Assembly: GCA_946965045.2 (NCBI GenBank)
Contig: OX337238.1
Span: 3,224,001-3,288,000 of the forward strand
Direction: 5' to 3'
Source: Epithemia pelagica
Taxonomy: Eukaryota; Protista; Bacillariophyta
DNA: 64,000 nt
In this document: positions 53,444 through 64,000 of the stretch, piece by piece
Position numbering within the stretch: position 1 is the first letter of the stretch
How the letters are laid out: each line of letters starts with the position of its first letter
Program-made: the position numbers and the translations under genes
Notes under the pieces: model-generated
Database searches by the model: none
Told to the model about the DNA's origin: nothing
What the model saw: the letters and a program-made list of their open reading frames with translations, nothing else

Positions 53444-55333
53444 AATTCTCACCGTCTATGGTGGTTAGATTCTACATCTCATCGATTCCCCATGTCACAT
53501 AGCCTCGTGCTATCGCATCATGCCCTCTAGCTTCGAGCTATGTTTCCTAGCTTCGCGCTATATCGACCTATATTTCTTCGCAAATCATGAAAAGTGAGAA
53601 TAGATTGACGAACTCACTCTCAAGACTAAATTGGGTCGTGCGGTATTACAACGGACGTAAATTTGGCCGTTGCTCAGACACTGTACTAACGCCCTAAGCG
53701 TACGCGCCCGAAATCATCGAGCGCGCCCAAGCGACATCCGAGCGCTATCGGCATCTATCCGATCCAACGGTCTAAGTATCCCAAGCACGACACACGATCA
53801 CGCGAGACCATATTTCCATTCCCACAATCTCCAAATTGTCAACAAGCTGCGCGCCATGAAAACAACTATGCCAACCCAAAGCAAGAGCTGTTGACCCTGT
53901 ATATGTTATCCGCCCACATATACATGTCATATACATAATATGAATCAACTCCAACTATTCCAAACCTGTTGCCGCCAAGAACCTATGATACATGACCCTT
54001 GGCAGGACCGAACATTTCACGTAGACCTATCGTAGTAATCAACACACAATCTAACAATATCACCATTTATCACATCCTCTTTTGTGTCCCGACTATCCTT
54101 CTGATAGACTTCGACTTGCTTGCTTCTCTGACCCTGAGAAGCTTGTATCGGTTGGTGACCTACCTGATTGTCTGCTCTACCGAGCATCAATGTCCCTACG
54201 ATTCAGAAAGAATTGTAACATTGTTGTCGCGCACCTCCGGCACACAAAACTCTATGTTGCGCATGTACGCCTTAAGTGACGACAGGTTACGCTTCTTCTC
54301 TAAACAGTTTTCAGCGATCGTCTTGGCCAGCGCGTAAACCATCTTCGGACAGGAAATCGAGGTGTCCGGCGCGACTTCCTTGTACTTGTCGAGTACCGAT
54401 CGCATGAATACATAGTCCGCCGACCCAACTGAAGACACGACTTTATTATTGATCAGTGATGTCGTGCGCGCAACACAGTTCTTTCTTCCTCCCCGTTTAC
54501 TTGAAAGCTCGATATCCGCCGATGTTATGGTTGTGGCTTCGTTTGAAGCCTCACATACTGTTTTGTTGTTGAGTTGGAAGAAGAGGTTGAATTCCTCTTG
54601 GCTCATGATGATGGGCTTGAAGGTCACCTCCCTTGTTGCCTCCTTCTTCAGCCTTTCTTCCTCTCTCAATGCTTCCACCAGATGATCAGGGATGCCCTTG
54701 GTCTTTGAGTTCTTCGTGCAAAACTCGTGATGAGATCGTTTGGGGGGCTTGATACCCAGACGCTTGGCAGAACAGATTCTGCAGTCCCTGTCTTCCTCAA
54801 ATGCCTTCTTCTTCTCCAGGGTGAGTTGGTTCAGTCTTCTTGCTTCCTTCTTCTTCTTTGTTGACTTTGTTTGGTGTTGTGCTAACGATTTCGCCCGTTT
54901 TGTTTGGTTGTTTCGTCGTTGGCTTTGGCAACCCATGCCCTCCTGGTCACTGGGTTTCCTTTTGTATGGGTTGTGCAGCACCACCCTTGGTGCTGGAGGT
55001 GGTGGAGAGTCATCCTCCTTGCCAGTCATCGTCTCTCTGTCCATTGTCCTTCCAGAAACATGGACACCATTGTCCATGTCCTGGGCCACGGTAACCGCGA
55101 CCGGTCTCATTGGCATGGAATCGTGTTGGAGCGGAACTCCTCGTCGTTTTCATCTTTTTCGTGGGGAAGTCGGCAGGATTCCGTGGCTTTTTGCGCGTGG
55201 CGCGCGATGTCTACAGGTAAGAGAAGACATGTCTGGTCTGATTTTTCGTTAAGTATTTTGCTGTCTTGTCTATGTCTTGTGAAATTTCTAACCCAATCAT
55301 GTATCTGCCATGTATTTCTGAGGCCCCTTTTAC

Positions 55334-58300
55334 GAAAATATAGGGGGATCTGGCAGTAGAAGAGGGGAAAAAAGAAGGAGAAAAAAAGAAGAAGAAAAGG
55401 AAAAAAGAAAAAGAAGGAAGAAATTATGGTAAGATTCCCTTCGTCGAGAACGTGCGATTGCCGCTATCAGAATGTGATCTAATTGGCTGTTGTCTTTGTC
55501 ACTGTTTCTGCCCCTGTGTGCAATGTGTGGTGAGTGCGTGGTGGACCACGAAGCAGGAAGGAGGGGATTTGGCAGATCCCCACTACCACAGTACGTATGA
55601 GTCCACGGTAAGTGCCTGAAGCGACTGTCTTTTGCTTAAGGTAAACAGTGTCATACTCACATATGCCCGATTGCTTCTCCAGCGAAGATATTAGCATTCA
55701 CCACAAAAGAGTGCGTAGAAGTGTCGTACCACTGGTACAAGGTAAGCCTAGCTACGGCAGGATTTCGGAAGTGGTTGCTCATTTTCCTCTAGCTCATTAT
55801 TTCTTGGACGATGGTTTTCTCACTGCTGTTGTTGTTCGTATCGTTAATGCTTATTTTGCTATTTCTTGCGTGTACAGCACCATGGTACGTTGTCCCAGCC
55901 AGGTGCACTGATATTCCATTGATCGAATTGGTTGTTCTAACATTTTTCTTTTTTAAAATGGTGGTCGGTTACTCTGATGGTTTCGGCATGATTTGTCGTG
56001 TGGTGGAATGCCTCTACGGTTTTCCCGATTCCAATATTGGATGTTGCGAATGCAACAGTTCTGTATTGGCTGCATTTGAGCCGGGGCAACAGGCGGTTGA
56101 TGTGGCTGATGAAGATTCCCAACGGCCGGGCACATGATGGTCGAGAGAAAAGCTGCTTGTTGCAAGAGCTGCTGTTGTACCTGGTAAATATTGGGCATCG
56201 ATGATGGTGCCAACGGTGGTTGTTGTTGTTGTGGTGGTGGCGGTGGTGGTGGAAGACTGGGCTGCTCCCTCATTGTTGGCTGTTGCTGGTTTGTGGTAAC
56301 TCGTGTTGTCGTTGTGCTTGTTGCGTTGATTTGGTTCTGTTTGACAGGCCGAGTCACTTGGATTGGTTCTTGTTCTTGAGCACTTGCCTCACACTCTTGC
56401 ATCTCGCTGTCTTCTTCTTTTTCCTCCTCCTCTTCTTCTGGTTCTTTATCGTCTTCCATGTCCTGGTCGCTACCACTGTCCGAGTCTTCGCGGTTCGATA
56501 TTTCGTCGTCGTCGTCGTCACATTCGAGCATTGTCTCATTGTTTGTTGCGTCCTCTGTTGGTTCATTGCATTCGTTGCAGGGGCAGTGGTCATTGCTGAG
56601 GAATGCCACTGGCCATGTTTGTTGGATCTGTTTTTGTATCGGCAGGTATTCGGAGAAGAATCGTTCTCCATTGTCAGGAGGTAAGTCTTCGACCCAATCA
56701 AATGGTTTGCTCGCTCCACAACGAACTGCCAGTTTGTTGATGAAGGCAAGCTCCTGGTGATTGAAGTGACTAACGACACTTTCCCATGCTGCAGGCATTT
56801 TCGTGTTCCTCTCCTCCATTGAAGCCGAGGCTAAACGGATTTTGAGCCGGATTTGTTTGTTATATCGTGCCGTTCCACAGAGGTTGATGACATCACTGAG
56901 ATCCTCGTGCATTCCTCCATTTGCAAAGTGTGCGAGATTGTCATGCCATGATTCGAGCTTCGACTCGCCCCGGTAAGAAATCCACTCGCTGAGCCCATGT
57001 TTTGAATTTGGACCTGGCTTGATCTCACGATACATTTCACTTACAGGGAGTGGGTCCGAGAGATATTCTGCCTTTTTCTTGCAGTTCTCAATGGCAAGGT
57101 GAGTGTCCATTGTAAACAGTGTTTGTTGCGTCCTTGGGTCGACTCTTGCTGCTCCAGATCCCTCTGACGCAGTTACCTTGTACTTGCATTTCCATTCTTC
57201 AAGCTTGGTGATGATTGTTTCCTTCCGCCTGATTCTTTTCCGTAAGTGCTTGCCGTATCGTGTCCGAAACTGCTTTGTCTGTCGCATTTCAACAATCTCT
57301 TTGTCAGACAGTTTCTCACCTGTACTTGACATTGTGCCATCTTTCAGAGCCGTCACAAGTTTGTTGAAGTCGCGATCATCATAGTCGTACAATGCATCCA
57401 ACAAATCTCTTATTGCGTGTCCGAAGTCGATATGGTTCTTTCGTAGTGTCTTGACGATCCTCTGAATGAAATGGAAGAGTCCTAATCTTCCCTTGAGCTT
57501 CCTTCCATTCTTGTCACGCAACAATTCCTCCCAGAAGCTTTGCTTATGGGGCCAGGTGTCGGAATACATGATTGAGGGTTTAAAATTTGGTCGCTTGGTG
57601 AGTTGAATTAATGCATGGGCGAAGTGTTTTGTCTCCGTGCTTCTAACCAGAATAGCCAATGCTACCTCGCCATGTTCATTGCAGATATCCCACAGTGCTT
57701 CAGCTTGCAGTCTCTTTGGGTAGTTCTTTACCACCTGGTGAGTGTGATCTTGTGCGAAGCATATCTGACACTGTACCGCTTGTATTTCGCGTGTGTGTCG
57801 CTCCTTATCACTTGTTCGCCACGGATTCCACGTAGACATTGAGGCTTCAAGGTATGCCTTCCGAATTGTCTCGCCCAATGGTGGAAACCGTGTCAGCCAT
57901 TCGCCATCCTTCTTCGGGTAGTCCTGAGCCTTTTGGTGCGTCGAATCACAGAAAGACAGGTAGCTTGTAAGTCTCTTCCTGTAATCTCGGTTGATTGCAC
58001 TATATAACCACCGACTACATAGATCTCCATTCCCATGGGTAATCAGTAGTTCCTCAAAAACAGTTGTAGCAGTGAGGTCTAGATGTTGAGCACCTCTAGC
58101 CCACTTGGCCTCGACCGGGTACCATTTTTGAAAATGTGAGGGCAGCATATTGATCAGCGCCCCATCATTACCGGCGTGCGTGACCTTGCATTCCGGGCAG
58201 TAGTAGTTGGTGACCAGGGCGTAGTGGGGAGCACCACCAAGATTAAAAATCGGAAATAGGCTCTTGGTCTTGGAAAGGTTGGTCCTGTCTCTTTTTAGAG

Positions 58301-59529
58301 TACAGTCCTTACACTTTGGACACTTAATCCCCAACGCTTGAAATTCTTCCGGAAGGAACAGCCCCCAATCCACAATGTACAATTTCTGTCCTACTATTGA
58401 GTCCCAGAGGGCATTGTTGTTGTCGCGCACCTCCGGCACACAAAACTCCATGTTGCGCATGTACGCCTTAAGTGACGACAGGTTACGCTTCTTCTCTAAA
58501 CAGTTTTCAGCGATCGTCTTGGCCAGCGCGTAAACCATCTTCGGACAGGAAATCGAGGTGTCCGGCGCGACTTCCTTGTACTTGTCGAGTACCGATCGCA
58601 TGAATACATAGTCCGCCGACCCAACTGAAGACACGACTTTATTATTGATCAGTGATGTCGTGCGCGCAACACAGTTCTTTCTTCCTCCCCGTTTACTTGA
58701 AAGCTCGATATCCGCCGATGTTATGGTTGTGGCTTCGTTTGAAGCCTCACATACTGTTTTGTTGTTGAGTTGGAAGAAGAGGTTGAATTCCTCTTGGCTC
58801 ATGATGATGGGCTTGAAGGTCACCTCCCTTGTTGCCTCCTTCTTCAGCCTTTCTTCCTCTCTCAATGCTTCCACCAGATGATCAGGGATGCCCTTGGTCT
58901 TTGAGTTCTTCGTGCAAAACTCGTGATGAGATCGTTTGGGGGGCTTGATACCCAGACGCTTGGCAGAACAGATTCTGCAGTCCCTGTCTTCCTCAAATGC
59001 CTTCTTCTTCTCCAGGGTGAGTTGGTTCAGTCTTCTTGCTTCCTTCTTCTTCTTTGTTGACTTTGTTTGGTGTTGTGCTAACGATTTCGCCCGTTTTGTT
59101 TGGTTGTTTCGTCGTTGGCTTTGGCAACCCATGCCCTCCTGGTCACTGGGTTTCCTTTTGTATGGGTTGTGCAGCACCACCCTTGGTGCTGGAGGTGGTG
59201 GAGAGTCATCCTCCTTGCCAGTCATCGTCTCTCTGTCCATTGTCCTTCCAGAAACATGGACACCATTGTCCATGTCCTGGGCCACGGTAACCGCGACCGG
59301 TCTCATTGGCATGGAATCGTGTTGGAGCGGAACTCCTCGTCGTTTTCATCTTTTTCGTGGGGAAGTCGGCAGGATTCCGTGGCTTTTTGCGCGTGGCGCG
59401 CGATGTCTACAGGTAAGAGAAGACATGTCTGGTCTGATTTTTCGTTAAGTATTTTGCTGTCTTGTCTATGTCTTGTGAAATTTCTAACCCAATCATGTAT
59501 CTGCCATGTATTTCTGAGGCCCCTTTTAC
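55334..59529 (-). mobile_element. Putative DNA transposon, unit 4 (uninterrupted, 4196 bp)
   Basis: Copy of unit 2 with a 6-bp in-frame deletion near 57143 and a SNP near 56139. Followed by unique sequence (agttaccgc). Confidence 0.8.
55953..59312 (-). CDS. Putative DDE transposase, unit 4 (1119 aa)
   Basis: As 39160-42525 but ARVDP instead of ARGRVDP. Confidence 0.7.
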   Translation of the reverse strand: MPMRPVAVTVAQDMDNGVHVSGRTMDRETMTGKEDDSPPPPAPRVVLHNPYKRKPSDQEGMGCQSQRRNNQTKRAKSLAQHQTKSTKKKKEARRLNQLTLEKKKAFEEDRDCRICSAKRLGIKPPKRSHHEFCTKNSKTKGIPDHLVEALREEERLKKEATREVTFKPIIMSQEEFNLFFQLNNKTVCEASNEATTITSADIELSSKRGGRKNCVARTTSLINNKVVSSVGSADYVFMRSVLDKYKEVAPDTSISCPKMVYALAKTIAENCLEKKRNLSSLKAYMRNMEFCVPEVRDNNNALWDSIVGQKLYIVDWGLFLPEEFQALGIKCPKCKDCTLKRDRTNLSKTKSLFPIFNLGGAPHYALVTNYYCPECKVTHAGNDGALINMLPSHFQKWYPVEAKWARGAQHLDLTATTVFEELLITHGNGDLCSRWLYSAINRDYRKRLTSYLSFCDSTHQKAQDYPKKDGEWLTRFPPLGETIRKAYLEASMSTWNPWRTSDKERHTREIQAVQCQICFAQDHTHQVVKNYPKRLQAEALWDICNEHGEVALAILVRSTETKHFAHALIQLTKRPNFKPSIMYSDTWPHKQSFWEELLRDKNGRKLKGRLGLFHFIQRIVKTLRKNHIDFGHAIRDLLDALYDYDDRDFNKLVTALKDGTMSSTGEKLSDKEIVEMRQTKQFRTRYGKHLRKRIRRKETIITKLEEWKCKYKVTASEGSGAARVDPRTQQTLFTMDTHLAIENCKKKAEYLSDPLPVSEMYREIKPGPNSKHGLSEWISYRGESKLESWHDNLAHFANGGMHEDLSDVINLCGTARYNKQIRLKIRLASASMEERNTKMPAAWESVVSHFNHQELAFINKLAVRCGASKPFDWVEDLPPDNGERFFSEYLPIQKQIQQTWPVAFLSNDHCPCNECNEPTEDATNNETMLECDDDDDEISNREDSDSGSDQDMEDDKEPEEEEEEKEEDSEMQECEASAQEQEPIQVTRPVKQNQINATSTTTTRVTTNQQQPTMREQPSLPPPPPPPQQQQPPLAPSSMPNIYQVQQQLLQQAAFLSTIMCPAVGNLHQPHQPPVAPAQMQPIQNCCIRNIQYWNRENRRGIPPHDKSCRNHQSNRPPF

Positions 59530-59579
59530 AGTTACCGCTAGAGTACATTGAGCCACCGACATGGTTCCACGAAAATTCT

Positions 59580-61958
59580 GCGATCTTTTCCCCCACTACG
59601 CCTGCCCGGCGATCGACAGCGTCGTGCGCAGACGCGCCCGCCGAGACTACCAGCAATTCGTCGTGAGCGATGGTCACAGGATATGATTCGCAACCACAAA
59701 CAAGCCGATGGTGGTGTTGCGGACAATCACACCACGACATGGTTGGATTCTCACGTCTCTCTTGTTGTTGTGTGCGCCGCAACGAATGGCCACCCCTCCT
59801 CCTTCTTATGTCTCGAACCAACATGAAATGAAAACAGAAAGCAGATGCAGTGTTTCCGTGTGGCGTCCCACTCGGAGAGTGTCAGTCTCTGGAATGGTTC
59901 ACATGACACTCGCGCGCATGGATTGTGATAGTGGTGGTGGTTCTTGTGTTGTGCTGGCTGGAGTCACAAGAGGCACGCGCGAGTTTCATGCATCAAGTTC
60001 CATTCATCCTACAATGAGGAAACGATGATCGGAACGAAATCCTCAAGTCCGTCCCACTCGGATGAGGGTCGTTCCAGACTCGCACGATTGTATTGTCTTG
60101 TCGTCGTACGTGATGGTGGTTCATGCCTCTCCCTGGACACGGGGATGCTGCTGTTTCACTGGATTCCAAAGACATGTTGTGTGAGTCGGTTCCTCCATCT
60201 TTTGCCACGAGGAACCAAATCCAGCACGGTTTTTTTGGTCCAATTGCAACAACGACGACCAGAGCCGAACCAATGACCACGACCACGACCACGACGACCG
60301 CAATGCGCGCGCAAGTCTCCGCCAACAAGGTGCGAGGAAAAAACGAAGCAAGGCCCCGAGTGTTGTTCGGTTCTGTCCAACTCGTTCAGGACTCTCTCTC
60401 TCTCACGTTGGTGTTCTTGTCGGTCGAAAAACCATTCCAACCGCTTTGGGACGGTTGCGGCGACAACGGAAACGTCTGCACTCATCAAGCAAGCATTGAC
60501 AGGCCAAGAGTCCTGTTGGGGAACGAAACCGTGCAAATCGTCGTTTGTCCAAGGAGAATCATGGGAATCGACAGATATATATATATATATATATATCCCC
60601 TCATGGTCTGCCCGCTTCCACATGGATAATCCAAAAGAATGAACTTTGAGGAATCGAATCTGCTCCACAAATAATACTGTACCGCTGAACAGTGCATGGA
60701 GTCCATACCAGAACAAACAAAAGAGGGACCATTCGCAACGACGGCACTGTATTATAAATAAAACACACAAGAATGACCCTGTCAAGTGTGGTCCATCCTC
60801 CTCCCGAGGAGAATCCCCTACCACCAACGATTGAAAAAGAAAGGCCGTCACGAGAGTTTCGTGTTTCTTGCAAATCGTGTGGATGCCATCGGTGGAGATG
60901 CAAGGAACCAAAGGAATTCACGCAGGGACCTTGAACATCACTGTCATGCCACCAGCTGCGACATGGTACCAAACCTACTGGCAGAGGCCCGCAAACGGCA
61001 TGAGTCGTCAAGAGGGGGTTCCGGTACTGAGAGAGTGACGAGGACTCCACAACGAAAAGGTCGGTACTGCACACAAGCCCAGCGGAAACAAGGAATGGAA
61101 ATCGACCGACATGGACAGATATATCACATCAAGCACCACCTGCTCCCACATGGATTATCCAAATGATGTTGCACAGTTGTGACTGGATTGGTAGGAACAA
61201 GAGCGTCTTTCGGTACTTTGAGTCGACACAATCAAAACGACATGGATCGTTCGCCATTGGCAATACTCAGGGCACTCTGAAGAACAGAACAAGAATGGTC
61301 CCATGGTCTAACAATTGCCGACCACAAACTAATGCAAGTTTACGAGGCGACCACGAATTCCATCTTTCTTTGCAATAGTGTTGATGCTTTAAATAGTCGA
61401 GAAAAGGGAACAAAAGGCTTTCCATGATCGACCTCGCTGTCGTGGCAACCCTGCCCTTTTTATTTCGAATGACGATTCTACGGAACGATTTCATCGACAA
61501 GGACTTGGGCGTTCCTTTCGCGTCCAGATCGGCAACCATGCGGGGCGCTGACTCTCCTGTGGTTTGTTCCTCGACGACCGCTTGACCAAAATTCGGTCCT
61601 GTGATTCGGGTGCGATCCATGTGGGGCGTTGCTGAAACAAACTGACATGCCAAACTCCAATTTGACTCGGCAGAAGGATGCTGTGTTACCAATGTGTATC
61701 TCAATACCTTCCGCCAGTGGGAGCATGAAACGAGTGGAATTGCGTCCCGATGTGTTTGGACAACCATCTATTGAAAAAAGATCGAGCGTGGAAAAAACAA
61801 GAATTAGTCGACAAAGACGCTCGCACCAATCTTTGGAGATTTCCTTCTCTCCGATACAATTTCCTCCGTGTGCACGGAGATTTCCTTCTCTCCGATAGAA
61901 TTTCCTCCGTGTGCACGAGACTGCGGAAACATCTCTTCAAAGTCTCAAATGATCGGGC
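59580..61958 (+). repeat. Upstream part of the Kelch module, paralogous to 14668-16120 and 1-600
   Basis: Shared sequence blocks in inverted orientation. Contains a (TA)n run at ~60576-60595. Confidence 0.55.
61835..61916. repeat. 41-bp tandem duplication (1 mismatch)
   Basis: ggagatttccttctctccgata(c/g)aatttcctccgtgtgcac twice. Confidence 0.9.
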
Positions 61959-63254
61959 GTGGAACTTCCGTGGAGATATGACTGTCGATACACGCACACA
62001 AGTATCCAAGCTGTACGTAGGCGCGTGAATGAGACCATTCGAGTTGTGTCAAACGGGCACAAAGAAAGGAAATTGTTTCCGATGAACGACAACACGGATT
62101 GGCAGGAGAACGCACGATTGTCAGGACTCGTCTTTTTAACCAACGACGAGGGCAACCATGACGATCCGCCGGAATGGCATGAATTCAGAACTGTGCTGAA
62201 TGAAAGAAGATCTAGACATTCGTGTCTGGTTGTTCGTCATGCGGACAATTCTCTTCGAAAAACCATTGTCGTATTGGGTGGCATGACAGGTCCGCAAAAC
62301 GAAACTGTCAATTCCGTTCTTCTTTGGAATCCGGAAAACGGAAACTGGTGCCAGGGACCATCCATGATCGAAGCACGAGGAGAGTTGACAGCGGTGGTTT
62401 GTGGTGACAATATATATGCCATGGGTGGTCGCAACTCCAGCGGCGAGGTCTTAAACTCTATTGAAAGAATCTCAATCCAGGAATTATTGCACTCGTGGAC
62501 ATTGATGGACAGCAGCGCAAGCAACACCACGGCAACATCCGCATGGCAAACTTTTCATTGTTGTTTGAGTAAGCCACGAGCGGGAGGTAAGGCTGTCGCA
62601 GTACAAGACCAATACATTGTTTTGGCCGGTGGGACAAGTATTGTTTATGAGGATCCAATGGATTCTGTCGATATCTTCGATACACACCTTCCGTATTTGC
62701 GCTTCCCATTTGCTGGACCATGTCTCAATTTTCCTCGTGATGATTGTCACATGGACATTGTACAGAACCGCATTTTTGTTATTAATCCGTCATGGATTCG
62801 TGACAATGACCCTTCAGTGGAATATCTGGATTTTGATCCATCTTGCTTGGATACAACAAGTCGTGGTGTGAGATCCGTGGAATTGCCATCGACTTCCATG
62901 TCGTGGAAGGTACACGAAGATCGGACGATTTCGCGTCTCATGGCTAAGGCGGTGGTACGAGTAGGATCCTGTTTGGTGCTGCTCTGGCCGGGGTCTGTTC
63001 ACGATCAAACTGTTTTTGACACAAAACGAAACATTTCATGGCAACTTCCTGTAGCTGACTCCTTGGATCTTCTTGATTGGCCATGCATCGCGGTCTCCCT
63101 TGCAAGTGGAATTCTTTGTTTCGACATGAGCAAAAGTGGACCAAGGGGATTTCGACTTGGACTGGTCGACAAACAGTCTCTCTTGTTCCATCGCCTGTTG
63201 AATCTTTCGAATGGGCAAATTCAGTCACTGATTCCTCGCCGCCAGACTGGATAA
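61959..63254 (+). CDS. Kelch-repeat (beta-propeller) protein, 431 aa; true start uncertain
   Basis: Repeats with GG doublets and spaced W/Y: IVVLGG...NSVLLWNPENGNWCQGPSMIEAR, IYAMGGRN...NSIE, YIVLAGG...DSVDIFD...GPCLNFPR. Confidence 0.88.
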   Translation: MELPWRYDCRYTHTSIQAVRRRVNETIRVVSNGHKERKLFPMNDNTDWQENARLSGLVFLTNDEGNHDDPPEWHEFRTVLNERRSRHSCLVVRHADNSLRKTIVVLGGMTGPQNETVNSVLLWNPENGNWCQGPSMIEARGELTAVVCGDNIYAMGGRNSSGEVLNSIERISIQELLHSWTLMDSSASNTTATSAWQTFHCCLSKPRAGGKAVAVQDQYIVLAGGTSIVYEDPMDSVDIFDTHLPYLRFPFAGPCLNFPRDDCHMDIVQNRIFVINPSWIRDNDPSVEYLDFDPSCLDTTSRGVRSVELPSTSMSWKVHEDRTISRLMAKAVVRVGSCLVLLWPGSVHDQTVFDTKRNISWQLPVADSLDLLDWPCIAVSLASGILCFDMSKSGPRGFRLGLVDKQSLLFHRLLNLSNGQIQSLIPRRQTG

Positions 63255-63464
63255 TCCTTTACGCACGCACGCGCAAGAACCAAAAGGAGCAATTGCAGTC
63301 CCAGTGCCCGTTGAATCAGGGCACAGTTGGTGCCAAAGCATCCTTTGAGGCTTTACCTCTTGTAGTTTTCTTGGAGTATAAAGAACATATGTCTATAGTA
63401 TGGCTCGTTTCGGCTTTTCAACCGTGTGCAATATGTATTGGTGTTTTCTCATTCGCTGCTACGA

Positions 63465-63605
63465 GCCATCATTGAAATTGTCCGGAGGATTGTTGGTGAC
63501 GGGAAGGTCATTGACCCCATTTCCCATGAAGAATCGGCCAACCGTTCCGTGGCTTTGACACCCTTCCACAACAAGAGTTCGTCGGAAATGCCCGATTTCG
63601 CAATG
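63465..63605 (-). pseudogene. Degenerate tandem copy of the 3' end of the SPFH gene
   Basis: Aligns to ~63715-63888 with two internal deletions (ISDELLLWKGVKATERLADS...MGNGVNDLPV). Confidence 0.8.
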
Positions 63606-63708
63606 TGTCACAACCCTATTCACAAAAGAGATAATTACGTAGCGAGAAAGAACATTTCTATACGGCTTTTTTCAGCAGATTATCAATGTTTCCACCTTCA
63701 CTATACAA

Positions 63709-64000
63709 TTAGACACCATCATTGACATGGTCCGGATCATTGTTGGTGGCACTCAAAATGACGGGAAGGTCATTGGCGCCATTTCCCATGACAATCACCT
63801 TGGTATTGCAAGAATCGGCCAAGCGTTCCGTGGCTTCGACACCCTTCCACCGCAAGAGTTCATCGGAAATGCCCGAACTCACAATGCGTTGAAAATCGGC
63901 AATGCCCTGCGCCTCAATCGCCTTGCGTTCCGATTCTTGTCGTTCCTTGGCCAAGACAAATTGCATTCGTTGCGCTTCTTGTTCGGCCTTGACCTTGGCT
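63709..64000 (-). CDS. SPFH/Band-7/prohibitin-family protein, C-terminal part (5' end outside the window)
   Basis: AKVKAEQEAQRMQFVLAKERQESERKAIEAQGIADFQRIVSSGISDELLRWKGVEATERLA, a typical prohibitin-like coiled-coil C-terminus. Confidence 0.9.
   Translation of the reverse strand, partial: AKVKAEQEAQRMQFVLAKERQESERKAIEAQGIADFQRIVSSGISDELLRWKGVEATERLADSCNTKVIVMGNGANDLPVILSATNNDPDHVNDGV

Larger units (their letters stand above)
45837..54220 (+). mobile_element. Full-length Ty1/Copia element C2b, duplicate of C2a
   Basis: LTRs at 45837-46619 and 53438-54220; same TTGTT TSD. Differs from C2a by a T>P codon near 50263 and two LTR substitutions at 53937 and 53939. Confidence 0.97.
43362..55116 (-). 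pseudogene. Transposase gene of unit 3, split by C2b
   Basis: 5' part 55116-54226 and 3' part 45836-43362; otherwise in frame. Confidence 0.85.
42743..55333 (-). mobile_element. Putative DNA transposon, unit 3, interrupted by Copia C2b at the same site as unit 1
   Basis: Copy of unit 1 offset by 16792-16793 bp. Confidence 0.85.
25951..59529 (-). repeat. Head-to-tail array of four transposon units forming two ~16.8 kb higher-order repeats, [filled][empty][filled][empty]
   Basis: Identical junction ccccttttac|gaaaatatag at 38540/1, 42742/3 and 55333/4. Unit lengths are 12590, 4202, 12591 and 4196 bp; 4202 + 8384 (Copia) + 5 (TSD) = 12591. Confidence 0.95.

Noticed and set aside
59530-61700. 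Several 100-250 aa ORFs on both strands upstream of the Kelch gene
   Set aside because: No recognisable domains, and reading frames are not preserved in the paralogous copies at 1-600 and 14.7-16.1 kb.
61959-63254. Kelch gene as a RAG2-like partner of the RAG1-like transposase
   Set aside because: It lies ~48 kb outside the inverted repeats, has no PHD finger and belongs to a local host paralog family. The proximity of Kelch modules is best explained as an insertion site.
1-64000. CRISPR arrays, rRNA or tRNA genes
   Set aside because: No regularly spaced repeat-spacer structure and no full cloverleaf or rRNA signature was seen. The tRNA-like matches are limited to the two PBSs.

Overview
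Eukaryotic, most likely diatom, genomic DNA (GT-AG introns, CoDi-type Ty1/Copia elements), mostly nested transposable elements. (1) 648-13408: a ~6.2 kb DNA transposon bounded by a 22-bp imperfect inverted repeat. It carries a decayed transposase with the full RAG1/Transib catalytic motif series and a convergent second gene of unknown function; an intact 6.5 kb Copia element sits about 30 bp inside its right end. (2) 14.1-25.5 kb: an internally deleted Kelch pseudogene, then three tandem paralogs sharing an unrecognised N-terminal motif and a transmembrane helix. (3) 25951-59529: four head-to-tail copies of a 4.2 kb element encoding an 1121-aa putative DDE transposase with no clear TIRs. Copies 1 and 3 carry the same 8.4 kb Copia insertion, which has an extra 259-aa ORF upstream of gag-pol, giving a 16.8 kb higher-order repeat. 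(4) 59.6-64 kb: a Kelch-repeat gene and the 3' end of an SPFH/prohibitin gene. No rRNA, tRNA or CRISPR array was seen. All family assignments come from motif recognition by eye; no database search was run.
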